Source: Acaryochloris marina MBIC11017
GTDB lineage: Bacteria > Cyanobacteriota > Cyanobacteriia > Thermosynechococcales > Thermosynechococcaceae
DNA: 32,000 bases
Reading direction: 5' to 3'
NCBI RefSeq assembly: GCF_000018105.1
Contig: NC_009925.1
Location: forward strand, 3,720,001-3,752,000
A model generated the notes under the pieces. It did not search any database. It was not told the DNA's origin and saw only the letters and a list, made by a program, of their open reading frames with translations. Shown piece after piece: positions 1-9,180 of this stretch. The stretch's first letter is position 1. Every line of letters begins with the position of its first letter. Position numbers and translations under genes: made by a program.

Positions 1-372
1 AGTCACTTGAGCCTGTTTTTGTAATAATTTTGTCAGCTTGCTACGACCATCCGGTTTGGTAGTTTGAGTTAATAACAAGTGGGATGTGGGGGGTAAATCG
101 GGGAGGGTGCGTTCAAATTCGGGTAGCAGATCGGCTGTGGCTCCTACTAAGGGATTCGTTAACCAGACCAAACGATGCCCTAATCCAAACGGTGGCGTCA
201 TCACTTGATTCAGACCTTGAATCACCGATGCGGTGCCATCGGATCCAGAAGCGACATCTATTTTATCCAGGTTGAAGCTTAGCCACTCTGGATCTAAGAC
301 CTCTTGATGAAGGGCCTGAACTGCTTTCGATAAGCGATAAGTATCTTCTCCCCAGAAGAGATAAACGGGCAT
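1..372 (-). CDS. holA: DNA polymerase III delta subunit, N-terminal 124 codons (partial; runs off the left edge)
   Basis: Hand translation of the reverse complement from ATG at 372-370 gives MPVYLFWGEDTYRLSKAVQALHQEVLDPEWLSFNLDKIDVASGSDGTASVIQGLNQVMTPPFGLGHRLVWLTNPLVG...TKPDGRSKLTKLL. It is open to position 1. The pattern (FN..., TPPFG, RLVWL, DGRSKL.K) is typical of HolA N-termini. It is absent from the ORF track because it is open-ended. Confidence 0.7.
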   Translation of the reverse strand, partial: MPVYLFWGEDTYRLSKAVQALHQEVLDPEWLSFNLDKIDVASGSDGTASVIQGLNQVMTPPFGLGHRLVWLTNPLVGATADLLPEFERTLPDLPPTSHLLLTQTTKPDGRSKLTKLLQKQAQVT

Positions 373-563
373 AGCAAGCTGGTGTGACTACTCACATTAT
401 GAATAGTGTTAGGGCAACAAAGCGATCTTGTGGTTTGGTTAGGATGCCCTTTTTTGGAGAGTCGACAGCTATCTGAAAGCTGGAGTCTCCCTCACAATTT
501 TTGTAGATGGACGGGTGGAGAATAGCAGTAGAGTAAGGTATTGGTCCTTGATGTCGTTGTGAC

Positions 564-1184
564 ATGACGCTTATTCTTCATCCGATTTTGCAGCAGAGCT
601 TTGCGACCATCGATCGGGAAATTGGCTCGCATCATTTTTCTGTTCAGCAATATGCTGTCTTGCGCCGTGTCATCCATAGTACGGCTGATTTTGAGTTTCG
701 AGAGCTGTTGCGCTTTAGCCCCGATGTGGTGGCTGTGGCTACCGCAGCCTTAGCCGCAGGTACCCCCATTGTGACCGATGTGAAGATGGTTTCTATGGGG
801 ATTCAAACGGTCGTCCAACAAACCTTTCAAAATCCGATTGTCACGGCTGTCGATGCCTGTCAATCTCCTCCCTCGGGGCAAACTCGGACTGAAACAGGCA
901 TGCTTCAATGTCTGCAAGTTCACCCCCAGGCTATTTATGTGATTGGTAATGCGCCAACGGCCTTATCCGCCCTCTGTCGACAGATCGCTCATGTACCTAA
1001 GCCGCCATCTCTGATTATTGGTGTACCCGTTGGCTTTATTGGTGTCCTTGAAGCCAAATCTGCTTTGGCTCAGTCTGGAATACCCCATATTCGAACGGAG
1101 GGGCGCAAAGGGGGATCGCCTGTGGCGGCGGCAATTACGAATGCACTATTGACGCTGGCTTGGCAACAAAGGAATACACACTGA
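564..1184 (+). CDS. cobH: Precorrin-8X methylmutase (CobH/CbiC)
   Basis: The 206-aa ORF starts at ATG 564. Its length and sequence (HPI...S..IID.EIG, STADFE, VIGNAPTAL, IIGVPVGFIGV.E.K) are characteristic of CbiC/CobH. Its stop overlaps the start of the next cobalamin gene. Confidence 0.88.
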   Translation: MTLILHPILQQSFATIDREIGSHHFSVQQYAVLRRVIHSTADFEFRELLRFSPDVVAVATAALAAGTPIVTDVKMVSMGIQTVVQQTFQNPIVTAVDACQSPPSGQTRTETGMLQCLQVHPQAIYVIGNAPTALSALCRQIAHVPKPPSLIIGVPVGFIGVLEAKSALAQSGIPHIRTEGRKGGSPVAAAITNALLTLAWQQRNTH

Positions 1185-2440
1185 TGACGCCCATTCATGT
1201 TATTGGGATCGGGCTGACCGGTGGATCAGGGTTGCAGTCCCACCTCCATATGCTGATTGATCAAGCCACTGTCTTAGTCGGCAGCGAACGACATCTCCAA
1301 TACTTTCCATCGCATCCAGGAAAACGCATTACCCTGACGAATTTTGCTCAAGGTTTAGAGGCGATTCAACAGCATTTAGATCAGTCTCCCAACCCACTCG
1401 TGGTCGTGATAACGTCTGGAGATCCGCTATTTTTCGGGTTTGGCCGTCTATTGTTGCAAACTTTTGCGGCTGATCTATTGTGCTTTCATCCCTATCTCAG
1501 TTCTGTCCAAATTGCTTTTAACCGCCTCAAGGTGCCTTGGCAAGATGCTGAGGTGATTAGTGTTCATGGTCGTTCCCTATCTTCCTTGGTTACAGCATGG
1601 CAAAAGGGAGTGAGAAAAATTGCAGTGTTGACGGATCATAAGAATACGCCTGCTGCGATCGCAAAATTATTCCTCAGTTTAAATCTACCCATCCACTATG
1701 AATTTTGGGTGTGTGAAAATCTAGAAGGCTCAGATGAGCGTGTTCAAAAATTTGAACCCAAGACGCTACTCAACCAACAATTCTCAGCTCTAAATGTTGT
1801 CGTTTTACTACGTTATGACCTAGAAAAGCGAGAAAAATCTGATCTTGCCTCTTTACCAGTTCTTGGACTTCCTGATCAGGCTTTTTATAGCTTTGCCGAT
1901 CGTCCTGGGTTAATGACCAAGCGAGAAATTCGTATTCTGGCATTGGCTGAATTACAGCTGCAAGACCATCAAATAATTTGGGATATTGGATCGGGTACTG
2001 GCTCAGTTGCGATTGAAACCGCTCGCATAGTCCCTAGTTCCCAAGTTTATGCCGTTGAAAAAACAGCTTTAGGGACCCAGCTCATCCACCAAAATTGTCA
2101 GCATTTTCAGGTGAACAATGTTCATATCGTTTTGGGCGAAGCCCCCACCGCATTAAATAATTTGCCTGACCCCCACCGAATATTTATTGGAGGAAGTGGA
2201 GGGCATCTTCAGGAGATCTTAAATTATTGCCAAATGCGACTTGACCTATCAGGTGTCATCGTCGTGAGCCTGGCAACCTTAGAAAATTTTTATATTGCTA
2301 CCCAGTGGTTTGATAAACCCAATTGGGTAGTAGAACATCTGCAAATTCAACTATCACGTTCTGTTCCCGTTGCATCCATGACTCGATTAACTCCATTAAA
2401 CCCAGTCATGCTGATCAGAGCCAGCAGAAACCCTAACTAG
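1184..2440 (+). CDS. cobL: Precorrin-6Y C5,15-methyltransferase (decarboxylating), fused CbiE + CbiT domains (CobL)
   Basis: The N-terminal half is tetrapyrrole-methylase-like (IHVIGIGLTG, ITSGDPLFFG). The C-terminal half is a SAM methyltransferase (IWDIGSGTGSVAIE). The track start at 1160 is TTG. ATG at 1184 overlaps the cobH TGA (TGATG), which suggests translational coupling, so I prefer 1184. Confidence 0.88.
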   Translation: MTPIHVIGIGLTGGSGLQSHLHMLIDQATVLVGSERHLQYFPSHPGKRITLTNFAQGLEAIQQHLDQSPNPLVVVITSGDPLFFGFGRLLLQTFAADLLCFHPYLSSVQIAFNRLKVPWQDAEVISVHGRSLSSLVTAWQKGVRKIAVLTDHKNTPAAIAKLFLSLNLPIHYEFWVCENLEGSDERVQKFEPKTLLNQQFSALNVVVLLRYDLEKREKSDLASLPVLGLPDQAFYSFADRPGLMTKREIRILALAELQLQDHQIIWDIGSGTGSVAIETARIVPSSQVYAVEKTALGTQLIHQNCQHFQVNNVHIVLGEAPTALNNLPDPHRIFIGGSGGHLQEILNYCQMRLDLSGVIVVSLATLENFYIATQWFDKPNWVVEHLQIQLSRSVPVASMTRLTPLNPVMLIRASRNPN

Positions 2441-2570
2441 AATTTAGATAGAGCTTCTGTTAAATAATGCATTTATGAGAAATACATTAGACTCTGAAGT
2501 CGTTTGATGTTTATGCCGAATTTCAGCTAATAAGGAAACAGGAGCAAACCCTAAGACTTAGAGGCAAGCC

Positions 2571-2954
2571 TTATACATCTTCATCTTCATCGACTTGAAT
2601 GAGATGAATATGCTTATATCCCAACTTAATTGAAAACTCATCGCCAGGTTTTAATCCCATGGCTTGGGTATAGGTGGAGCCAATTACAATTTGACCATTC
2701 TTATGCACACTAACCCGATACGTCGGTTCCCGTCCACGCCCATCTTTGGAGCCATCAGGATTGAGATCAATCCCTCTTGCTTCAATAACGGCATTGAGAA
2801 ATTCGCCGAGATTAACGCGGGTTTGCTTATTCTTTGTAATCGAATAATATCCGCATCGTTTAGCCTTTTCACGGCGAGACAAGTGCTGAAGTTCTTTAAC
2901 TTTTTGCAAGAGTGCTTTGCCAGTCAAAGGCGTTGTTTCGGTATCGGTTGCCAT
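2571..2954 (-). CDS. Cyanobacterial AbrB-family transcriptional regulator (cyAbrB/CalA type)
   Basis: The 127-aa ORF has an ATG start. The C-terminal SpoVT/AbrB-like fold signature (YRVSVHKNGQIVIGSTYTQAMGLKPGDEFSIKLG) and the N-terminal LLQKVKEL...KRCGYY segment are typical of the cyAbrB clade. Confidence 0.82.
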   Translation of the reverse strand: MATDTETTPLTGKALLQKVKELQHLSRREKAKRCGYYSITKNKQTRVNLGEFLNAVIEARGIDLNPDGSKDGRGREPTYRVSVHKNGQIVIGSTYTQAMGLKPGDEFSIKLGYKHIHLIQVDEDEDV

Positions 2955-3488
2955 CTACAAAAATATCCTTGCAATCAACGTGTAGAGAAACAGAAGCATT
3001 TCTGCTTAGGGGAGATCTTTAAAGCTGGATGATGAATTCCAACAACTAGACCTTATTTAAACTATTGCAATTGTAGCAAAAAGAAAACGAATTGCTTTCT
3101 AAATATTATTCTAACGGTTTCTTTTTAATTAGCAACTAATTTTTATCGATGAAAGATCAGTCGAGGATATATCGTCTTCCCTGTAGAGAGGCAAGATTTT
3201 GCTGCTCTTATTTAGTAAAAGGTTTTGCTAAACCTAATTTTTAGGTTAGAGAAAGTCGGTATCTCTCTAAGACCTACTAAATTCTCTCGAACTTGTACAA
3301 AGGTAGAACAATAATATGGAGACTTCCATAGAGATTATTTACCTGTGATACATTGATCGTAATAATAATATGCCTGCATAGTTGTCCGTATACCTTTACT
3401 AAAGGTAATCTTTCTTTAGACTTTCCAGAAAACTCGACAAATATAACAGAAAAATTGATAATCTCTCAAAGTTCTTAGGCATGAAATC

Positions 3489-4538
3489 ATGCAAGTTCTG
3501 TTCAAAATATCCCGTCAACAGCAACAAAGTGCAGTTAAAGTCCAGACGTATTCATTAGATGTAGATCCGAGTACCACGATTCTGGACTGTTTGAATTTGA
3601 TTAAATGGCAGCAGGATGGGTCTCTAGCCTTTCGAAAAAACTGTCGCAATACCATTTGTGGTAGCTGCAGTATGCGGATTAATCATCGGGCGGCTTTGGC
3701 CTGTCAACAGAATGTGAAAGCAGAAGTGGCCCGTTCTTATTCAGCCTGGAACAAACAGAATGGTGCCGACTCAGATCGAGAAAATCCAGACTCAATTCCC
3801 GTGATAGAAATTGCGCCTATGGGGAATATGCCAGTCATTAAAGACTTGGTTGTGGAAATGGATCAGTTTTGGCAAAAGTTGGACCAGGTTGAACCTTATG
3901 TCAGTTCTGCCAGCCGACAAGTCCCTGAACGGGAGTTTCTCCAGTCTCCAGAAGATCGCAGCAAGCTTGATCAAATGGGGAATTGTATTTTATGTGGGGC
4001 TTGTTATTCTGACTGTAATGCCCTCCCGGCAAATGGGTCTTTTGTGGGTCCCCATGCGTTGGCAAAAGCCCACCGATTGTTAGCCGATACTCGTGATCAA
4101 GCGACGGAACATCGCCTTGAACAATATAACCAGGATATCCAAGGGGTCTGGGGTTGTACCCGTTGTTTTAATTGCAATACGGTATGCCCTATGGGTGTGG
4201 CTCCCCTGGATCAGATCAGTAAAATCAAATCTCAGGTCCTGGCGAACCCAACTCTTCCTGACAGTCGCCCCCTGCGCCATCGGCGGGTCTTGGTGGATTT
4301 AGTTCAAGAGGGGGGCTGGATCGATGAACGGAAATTTGGATTGAAAGTGGTGGGCAATAACTTTAAAGATTTGCCAGGGCTTTTTAGTCTGGTGCCTTTG
4401 GCTGGACAAATGCTCCGGCGTCAAAAACTGCCGATTAAATTTGATGCTTCAACCGGGACAGATGAAGTGCGAGGGCTGATTGAGGCCGTTAAAAAGCGGC
4501 AGTCTAAGACGGCTTCTCAGAGCGAGTCAACGCGCTAA
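3489..4538 (+). CDS. sdhB: Succinate dehydrogenase/fumarate reductase iron-sulfur subunit (SdhB), with three full Cys clusters and a C-terminal extension
   Basis: The 349-aa ORF has three Cys motifs. They are C52-x4-C-x2-C-x11-C72 (2Fe-2S), C166-x2-C-x2-C-x3-C176 and C223-x2-C-x2-C-x3-C233-P. Confidence 0.82.
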   Translation: MQVLFKISRQQQQSAVKVQTYSLDVDPSTTILDCLNLIKWQQDGSLAFRKNCRNTICGSCSMRINHRAALACQQNVKAEVARSYSAWNKQNGADSDRENPDSIPVIEIAPMGNMPVIKDLVVEMDQFWQKLDQVEPYVSSASRQVPEREFLQSPEDRSKLDQMGNCILCGACYSDCNALPANGSFVGPHALAKAHRLLADTRDQATEHRLEQYNQDIQGVWGCTRCFNCNTVCPMGVAPLDQISKIKSQVLANPTLPDSRPLRHRRVLVDLVQEGGWIDERKFGLKVVGNNFKDLPGLFSLVPLAGQMLRRQKLPIKFDASTGTDEVRGLIEAVKKRQSKTASQSESTR

Positions 4539-4651
4539 TTCTGAATGAAGTCAGAATCAGACAGGGGGGATAGATACAGATTGCTAGGGTTTCTTCAGTG
4601 CGATCGCAAGGGAATTCCGTTAAGATCCTGAAGTCCTTTGCTGCTTTGTTT

Positions 4652-4846
4652 ATGAGTTCATCAAATGTCCCTGAGCCGGATCAAACCCCCTCAACAGAGC
4701 TAGAGACCGTCCCTGAACCTGGGTTTGGGTGGACGGATTATGCAGAGCGGATTAATGGTCGCTTTGCCATGGTGGGGTTTATGGTGCTTCTTTTATTAGA
4801 ACTAGTGACCCGCCAAGATTTCTTTACTTGGGTGGGATTGCGCTAA
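4652..4846 (+). CDS. High-light-inducible protein (HLIP/Scp, CAB/ELIP/HLIP family), 64 aa
   Basis: A single chlorophyll-binding helix motif is present (ERINGRFAMVGFMVLLLLE). The track start at 4598 is GTG. The internal ATG at 4652 gives the usual HLIP size. Confidence 0.8.
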   Translation: MSSSNVPEPDQTPSTELETVPEPGFGWTDYAERINGRFAMVGFMVLLLLELVTRQDFFTWVGLR

Positions 4847-4880
4847 TCAAAAGAGGCGCTGTACAGCGCCTCTTTTGATT
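4845..4880. terminator. Perfect 16-bp-stem hairpin between the convergent hli and sodB genes (probable bidirectional terminator)
   Basis: aatcaaaagaggcgct (4845-4860), gtac loop, agcgcctcttttgatt (4865-4880). The arms are exact reverse complements. The 3' half of the stem is U-rich on both strands. Confidence 0.75.
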
Positions 4881-4912
4881 CTAAATAGAGATCGGTCTAC
4901 CGCATCCTTGGA

Positions 4913-5512
4913 TTAGGCGGCTCCAAAGTTTTGGGCGGCAAAGTCCCAGTTGACCAAGCTAGATAAAAAGGTGTCAATATAGCCAGGACGGCTGTTTTGG
5001 AAATCTAGATAATAGGCATGCTCCCAAACATCCATCGTCAGCAAAGGGGTTTGCCCATGGACCAACGGATTTTCAGCATTGGGTGTTTTGGTGATTTTTA
5101 GCTTGCCATTCTCCAAGACGAGCCAAGCCCAGCCACTGCCAAACTGAGTGGCGCCAGCTTCCTTAAAAGCAGCCTTAAAGTTATCGTAGTTGCCAAAATC
5201 CGTATTGATTTGGGCCGCTAATGCACCACCGGGCAGACCACCGCCGCCGGGCTTCATGGAGTTCCAATAAAAGCTGTGGTTCCAAGCTTGGGCTGCATTG
5301 TTAAAGAGACCGGCTTTGGCAGAATCCTTGTAGGCAGACTGAATGACTTCCTCAATGGACATGTCATCCATCGGAGTATCCTTGGTCATGCCATTACACT
5401 TGGTCACATATGCTGCATGGTGTTTGTCATGGTGGAACTCTAGGGTTCGGGCGGAAATATGAGGCTCTAAAGCGTTGTAATCGTACGGCAGGTCAGGTAG
5501 TTGGTAAACCAT
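4913..5512 (-). CDS. sodB: Iron superoxide dismutase
   Basis: YQLPDLPYDYNALEPHIS..TLEFHHDKHH, AAQAWNHSFYW and DVWEHAYYLDFQNSRP are Fe-SOD signatures. The track start (5644) is TTG and adds 44 aa. ATG at 5512 is preceded by GAGG and gives a canonical 199-aa protein. Confidence 0.9.
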   Translation of the reverse strand: MVYQLPDLPYDYNALEPHISARTLEFHHDKHHAAYVTKCNGMTKDTPMDDMSIEEVIQSAYKDSAKAGLFNNAAQAWNHSFYWNSMKPGGGGLPGGALAAQINTDFGNYDNFKAAFKEAGATQFGSGWAWLVLENGKLKITKTPNAENPLVHGQTPLLTMDVWEHAYYLDFQNSRPGYIDTFLSSLVNWDFAAQNFGAA

Positions 5513-5805
5513 GCAGTTCATCCTCTCTTGACAATAGGGTAAATGAGCCTTTTCAAGATCATGGTGATCTAAAAACGACTCTAATTCGATGGGACTATAC
5601 GGCTGTAACAGCTGTATAGTCTGTGTTCTCTCAAAGATCGCCAAATTATCCTATCACTCATCCTCAGTCTTCTAGGTCTATCTTGAGGTGAGGATAGGGG
5701 GGTGTCCGTAACGTAGCTAGAAAATGTTTACTAGTTATGGATCCTTAACCTAACCATAGGTCTTTATTTACCCGGGCGCTACAGCTGCCAATAACTGGGG
5801 AAGCC

Positions 5806-6885
5806 CTAGGCCACTTTCTTGAATGAAGTGTTTTTATTACCCCATAGAAAGGGTTGCTGGCGGACTTGATCAATCAGGCGACGGATAGTGAAGTTACTTA
5901 ATACGGTGAAGGGACCCACCATAATTAAAGACTTGACCTCTGCTCTGGAAATTTTAATATTCCCGCCAGATTTGAGCATTGCGGTTGATCCGGTGATATC
6001 CCGCAGGGTCGCATAGGCAAACACTAGAGGCAAGATGCAAAAAAGCCGAATAGGGATGGCAGACCGAGGAACCTCCATCAAATATTGGGCTGCTTTATCC
6101 AGATCGGACCACGCCAGTTCTACCAAAGATGTGATGGCCGCATGATTCTGGGTGAGAAACTCTGGATCTAACAGTTTCTCATGACTGCTGCCATGGGATT
6201 CTAAGGCATCTTGGGGGACATAAATGGAGTTTTCATGTTCAGCATCCCAAGCAATATCCTTGAGAATATTGACGGTTTGTAACCCTTCACCAAAGGCTGC
6301 ACAGGTCTGCCGCAGGGTATGGTATGTGGCAAAATCAACGCTGGGAGAATGCTCAAACCATAAATCTGTGAGCAAATAGCCAACGGTACCGGCGACGTAG
6401 TAACAATATTCTTGATATTCTTCTAGGGTTTTAATGCGGATGCCTTGGGCATGCAGTTTGACGAACTTTTGCATCCCCTGCACCATTTCTGTAATCCAAT
6501 GCTGTAGGGTCTGTTGTGATTTGGCCGGTAAACTACGAAATAGGGCAAAAACAAGATGGGTGTTTTCAACCAAATGGAGATGGGCTGTTTCCCCTTCTAG
6601 GGTGCCGACGACTTGGGGGAAAATATCGGCCTGAGCTGGATCATCAAAGCAGGCTAAAAATTTGTCCAAGAGTCTGATTTTGGATTCTACTGTGGCGACG
6701 GGATCATCTTCGATGGTGTCTGCAATTCTAGCCAGTAAGTAACCACAGAGGACGGCACGTCCTAGGTTGCCTGGTAAAAACCGAATACTTAAGGCAAAGG
6801 TGCGAGAGACTTGTGGCAATATCTCTTGGCAAAAGCGTTCAACTTGCCGATGATCGGTGGGAGACTCCAGGGCCATTTGTACCAT
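5806..6885 (-). CDS. sqs: Squalene synthase (farnesyl-diphosphate farnesyltransferase; squalene/phytoene synthase family)
   Basis: SRTFALSIRFLP, LLARIADTIEDD and YCYYVAGTVGYLLTDL match SQS-type rather than CrtB-type motifs. An alternative ATG lies at 6876. Confidence 0.72.
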   Translation of the reverse strand: MVQMALESPTDHRQVERFCQEILPQVSRTFALSIRFLPGNLGRAVLCGYLLARIADTIEDDPVATVESKIRLLDKFLACFDDPAQADIFPQVVGTLEGETAHLHLVENTHLVFALFRSLPAKSQQTLQHWITEMVQGMQKFVKLHAQGIRIKTLEEYQEYCYYVAGTVGYLLTDLWFEHSPSVDFATYHTLRQTCAAFGEGLQTVNILKDIAWDAEHENSIYVPQDALESHGSSHEKLLDPEFLTQNHAAITSLVELAWSDLDKAAQYLMEVPRSAIPIRLFCILPLVFAYATLRDITGSTAMLKSGGNIKISRAEVKSLIMVGPFTVLSNFTIRRLIDQVRQQPFLWGNKNTSFKKVA

Positions 6886-7131
6886 AATCGTTCACTCCTG
6901 CTTTAAACCAACACTCAAAATGCAAATCACACCACGGCCACAGAGGTCTTTAAGGACAGCATCACTCGTTGACGAATGAGTATGTATACCTGTCTCCGAG
7001 TGAACATAGCATACGGAACTCTCAAATTACAGAAGTAGTGTGCGAGTTTTAGATCTGTCCTTTGAATCGTGAACGTCTGAAACCGTTTCCTGCTCAGGCT
7101 TTCTTTATTCCAAAACTGGAGATTCATTACC

Positions 7132-7824
7132 ATGCCACTTCAGATTGATTTTGTGTTTGTGCCCCAAGGAGCAGAGTATCGGTCGGTCTATAAGGGCTTA
7201 CAAATTGCAGGCTATAACGCTGCAACGGTTGTGCCCATTCCCGTGGGTCCCCAGGGGGTGACCCAGTTTCTCCAAAAGTGGCTGCAGCTGTTTCCTGGGA
7301 AGACCTCTCTTAATGCCTTACTCATGGGCTTAGGCGGCAGTTTGACTCCTCAACTCTCGGTGGGTGATGGGGTGATCTACCAGACTTGTGTTGACGGTGC
7401 CCAAGGGGGAGACGTTCCAATGACTTGTGATCAACAAATCTTTCTGAGTCTATCCCAGCGGCTCTCGGAGACTGTGATACCTGCCACGGGGGTGAGTTGT
7501 GATCGCATCATTCATACCGCTACCGAGAAGCGACAACTTGCCCAAACCTATCAAGCGGATGTCGTGGATATGGAAGGGTTTGCGCTGTTGTCGGGGTTGA
7601 AATCTACCCCGATCTCCCTAGGCATTGTCCGGGTAATGAGCGACGATGTTCACCATGATTTACCAGATTTGAATGGGGCGATTAGCCCAGAAGGTCGCCT
7701 CCAAACCTTGCCCATGGCTATGGGAATGCTGCGGCAGCCACTGCCCGCCCTGCGACTGATTCGAGGATCTCTCAAAGGGCTTAAACAGTTGGAGCAAATC
7801 ACCACTCAGATCTTTAAGCCCTGA
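7132..7824 (+). CDS. PNP/UDP-1 family phosphorylase/nucleosidase, HpnG-like (possible hopanoid-associated adenosylhopane nucleosidase)
   Basis: The 230-aa ORF contains GLGGSL.P.LSVGD, ADVVDMEGFAL and VRVMSDDV.HDLPDLNGAISPEG, a layout like the MTA/SAH-nucleosidase fold and HpnG. It is divergent from squalene synthase. Confidence 0.5.
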   Translation: MPLQIDFVFVPQGAEYRSVYKGLQIAGYNAATVVPIPVGPQGVTQFLQKWLQLFPGKTSLNALLMGLGGSLTPQLSVGDGVIYQTCVDGAQGGDVPMTCDQQIFLSLSQRLSETVIPATGVSCDRIIHTATEKRQLAQTYQADVVDMEGFALLSGLKSTPISLGIVRVMSDDVHHDLPDLNGAISPEGRLQTLPMAMGMLRQPLPALRLIRGSLKGLKQLEQITTQIFKP

Positions 7825-7839
7825 ATTTTACCTGAATGC

Positions 7840-8802
7840 TTAGAGAGCGGCTAGCACCGGATCATGGATGCTGCCATTGCTGACGACGACCCCTTGGTTG
7901 TTCACCAGTTTTGCGCCTAGGGAGAAGTCGAGGGCTTGACCGGTAATATCTGTTACTCGACCGCCCGCTTCTTCTACTAAAATCACCCCTGCGGCATGGT
8001 CCCAAATCTTCTCGCGATAATCAGGGGTTTTGGGAGAGGGGAGCCGCAAATAGAGGGCGGCTTCTCCAGCAGCAACCGCCATATATTTGGCTTGGCTATC
8101 CATTCGTAGGGAGTCTTGGGTGATACCTGCTGCTTTGGCAACAGCGGCTTGGCGGGACTGATCGCCATGGCCGGATTCTACGCTTTCTACAAAGCGGAGA
8201 TGGTCAGATTGATCCGCAGAGACGACTTTTATAGATTGAGGGGCTCCCCCTGCTAAAGGAGATAGGGTTGCGCCGGCTCCGCGCACGGCAACGCCCATGA
8301 GCCCCGTTTGACCCTCTGTAAAAGAGAGGGCTGGACAGCCCAAAACGCCGACTTTAATTTCGCCATTTTCAATTAAGGCTAAGGCGATGGCATATTGATC
8401 CCCACGCAGGAACCCTTTGGTGCCGTCAATGGGATCTAAAGTCCAGTAGCGTGATCCTACCTGACCATTGCCATGGTCAATCCAGCCAGTGACTTGATCA
8501 GGCGTGGCATCGGGAACAATGGCCTGCACATATTGAGTGACCTGGGCTAATCGCTCAGTCATCTCCGGAGTTCGTAAGTCTGCGGCATCCTCTTCACCCA
8601 CCACGGGATCTTGAGGAAAAGCTGTAGATAAGGCTCGACAAATTAGAGCTTGAGCGCCAAAGTCAGCCACGGTTACCGGGCTTTTATCTTTCTTCTCAAT
8701 GGCTTCTGGGACAATTTCGCGCCGCACTTGTTCGCAAAGGTGGGCTGCCGCTTGTACAGCTTGGATGGCGATATTTCTCTCAGATTCGTAGGGCATAATC
8801 AT
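7840..8802 (-). CDS. 3'(2'),5'-bisphosphate nucleotidase, HAL2/SAL1-type (inositol monophosphatase superfamily)
   Basis: KSPVTVADFGAQALI, VGEED, WTLDPIDGTKGFLRG and WDHAAG are IMPase-fold metal-binding motifs in the HAL2-like arrangement. Alternative start at 8796. Confidence 0.8.
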   Translation of the reverse strand: MIMPYESERNIAIQAVQAAAHLCEQVRREIVPEAIEKKDKSPVTVADFGAQALICRALSTAFPQDPVVGEEDAADLRTPEMTERLAQVTQYVQAIVPDATPDQVTGWIDHGNGQVGSRYWTLDPIDGTKGFLRGDQYAIALALIENGEIKVGVLGCPALSFTEGQTGLMGVAVRGAGATLSPLAGGAPQSIKVVSADQSDHLRFVESVESGHGDQSRQAAVAKAAGITQDSLRMDSQAKYMAVAAGEAALYLRLPSPKTPDYREKIWDHAAGVILVEEAGGRVTDITGQALDFSLGAKLVNNQGVVVSNGSIHDPVLAAL

Positions 8803-8855
8803 GTGGCGTCAACAGGGCAATGTCTACCATAGCTGATTCGCTAGGGTGAAACCAG

Positions 8856-9170
8856 TCAATCTGAAGACAGAGGGTCAGCCCAGGTGGAGACGCTTTTGAC
8901 TAACGGGGGGATGTCGTAGAAGTCTGGTGGAAACTCGAGCTGGGTTTCCCGTAAACCTAAATAGCCCGACTCTTGAAATGCCAATAAGACTCGCTTCAGG
9001 GCTAGCCAGACTTCCATTTCATATTCCCAATCTCCATACCTTGGGGCATGGCCGGCAATAGCCCGCATGGCCCAAAAATAGCTGTTACGAACTACAGACC
9101 CACCCTTCTTAAACTTCGGTAAGTCGTCCTTGTGAATGATGATCAGATCTTGGTCGAGCCGTGCTCGCAT
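8856..9170 (-). CDS. Hypothetical protein (104 aa) immediately downstream of chlM
   Basis: The ORF has an internal ATG at 9170, 10 nt after the chlM stop. The track start at 9206 would overlap chlM. I recognise no family. Codon usage looks native. Confidence 0.5.
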   Translation of the reverse strand: MRARLDQDLIIIHKDDLPKFKKGGSVVRNSYFWAMRAIAGHAPRYGDWEYEMEVWLALKRVLLAFQESGYLGLRETQLEFPPDFYDIPPLVKSVSTWADPLSSD

Positions 9171-9180
9171 GTTGAATCTG

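Noticed and set aside
84-275. A 63-aa plus-strand ORF near the left edge.
   Set aside because: It is antisense to the clearly recognisable holA N-terminal coding sequence (1-372, minus).
373-563. Possible cobalamin riboswitch upstream of cobH.
   Set aside because: I looked for the conserved B12-box core (GCCACTG-like) and the usual GGGAA/GGTG elements and did not see them. The spacer also has to hold the divergent holA promoter. An Rfam RF00174 scan would settle it.
4539-4651. HLR1/RpaB-type direct repeats (TTTACA-like) upstream of the HLIP gene, and a 7-bp hairpin (attctga...tcagaat) just after sdhB.
   Set aside because: No TTTACA-type repeat pair was visible. The hairpin is short and lacks a U-tail, which is too weak to call.
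5650-5698. Imperfect inverted repeat (cctatcactcatcctca ... tgaggtgaggatagg) between sqs and sodB.
   Set aside because: It needs two bulges and has no clear U-tract on the minus strand. It could be an sqs terminator or a sodB leader element, but the support is insufficient for a feature call.
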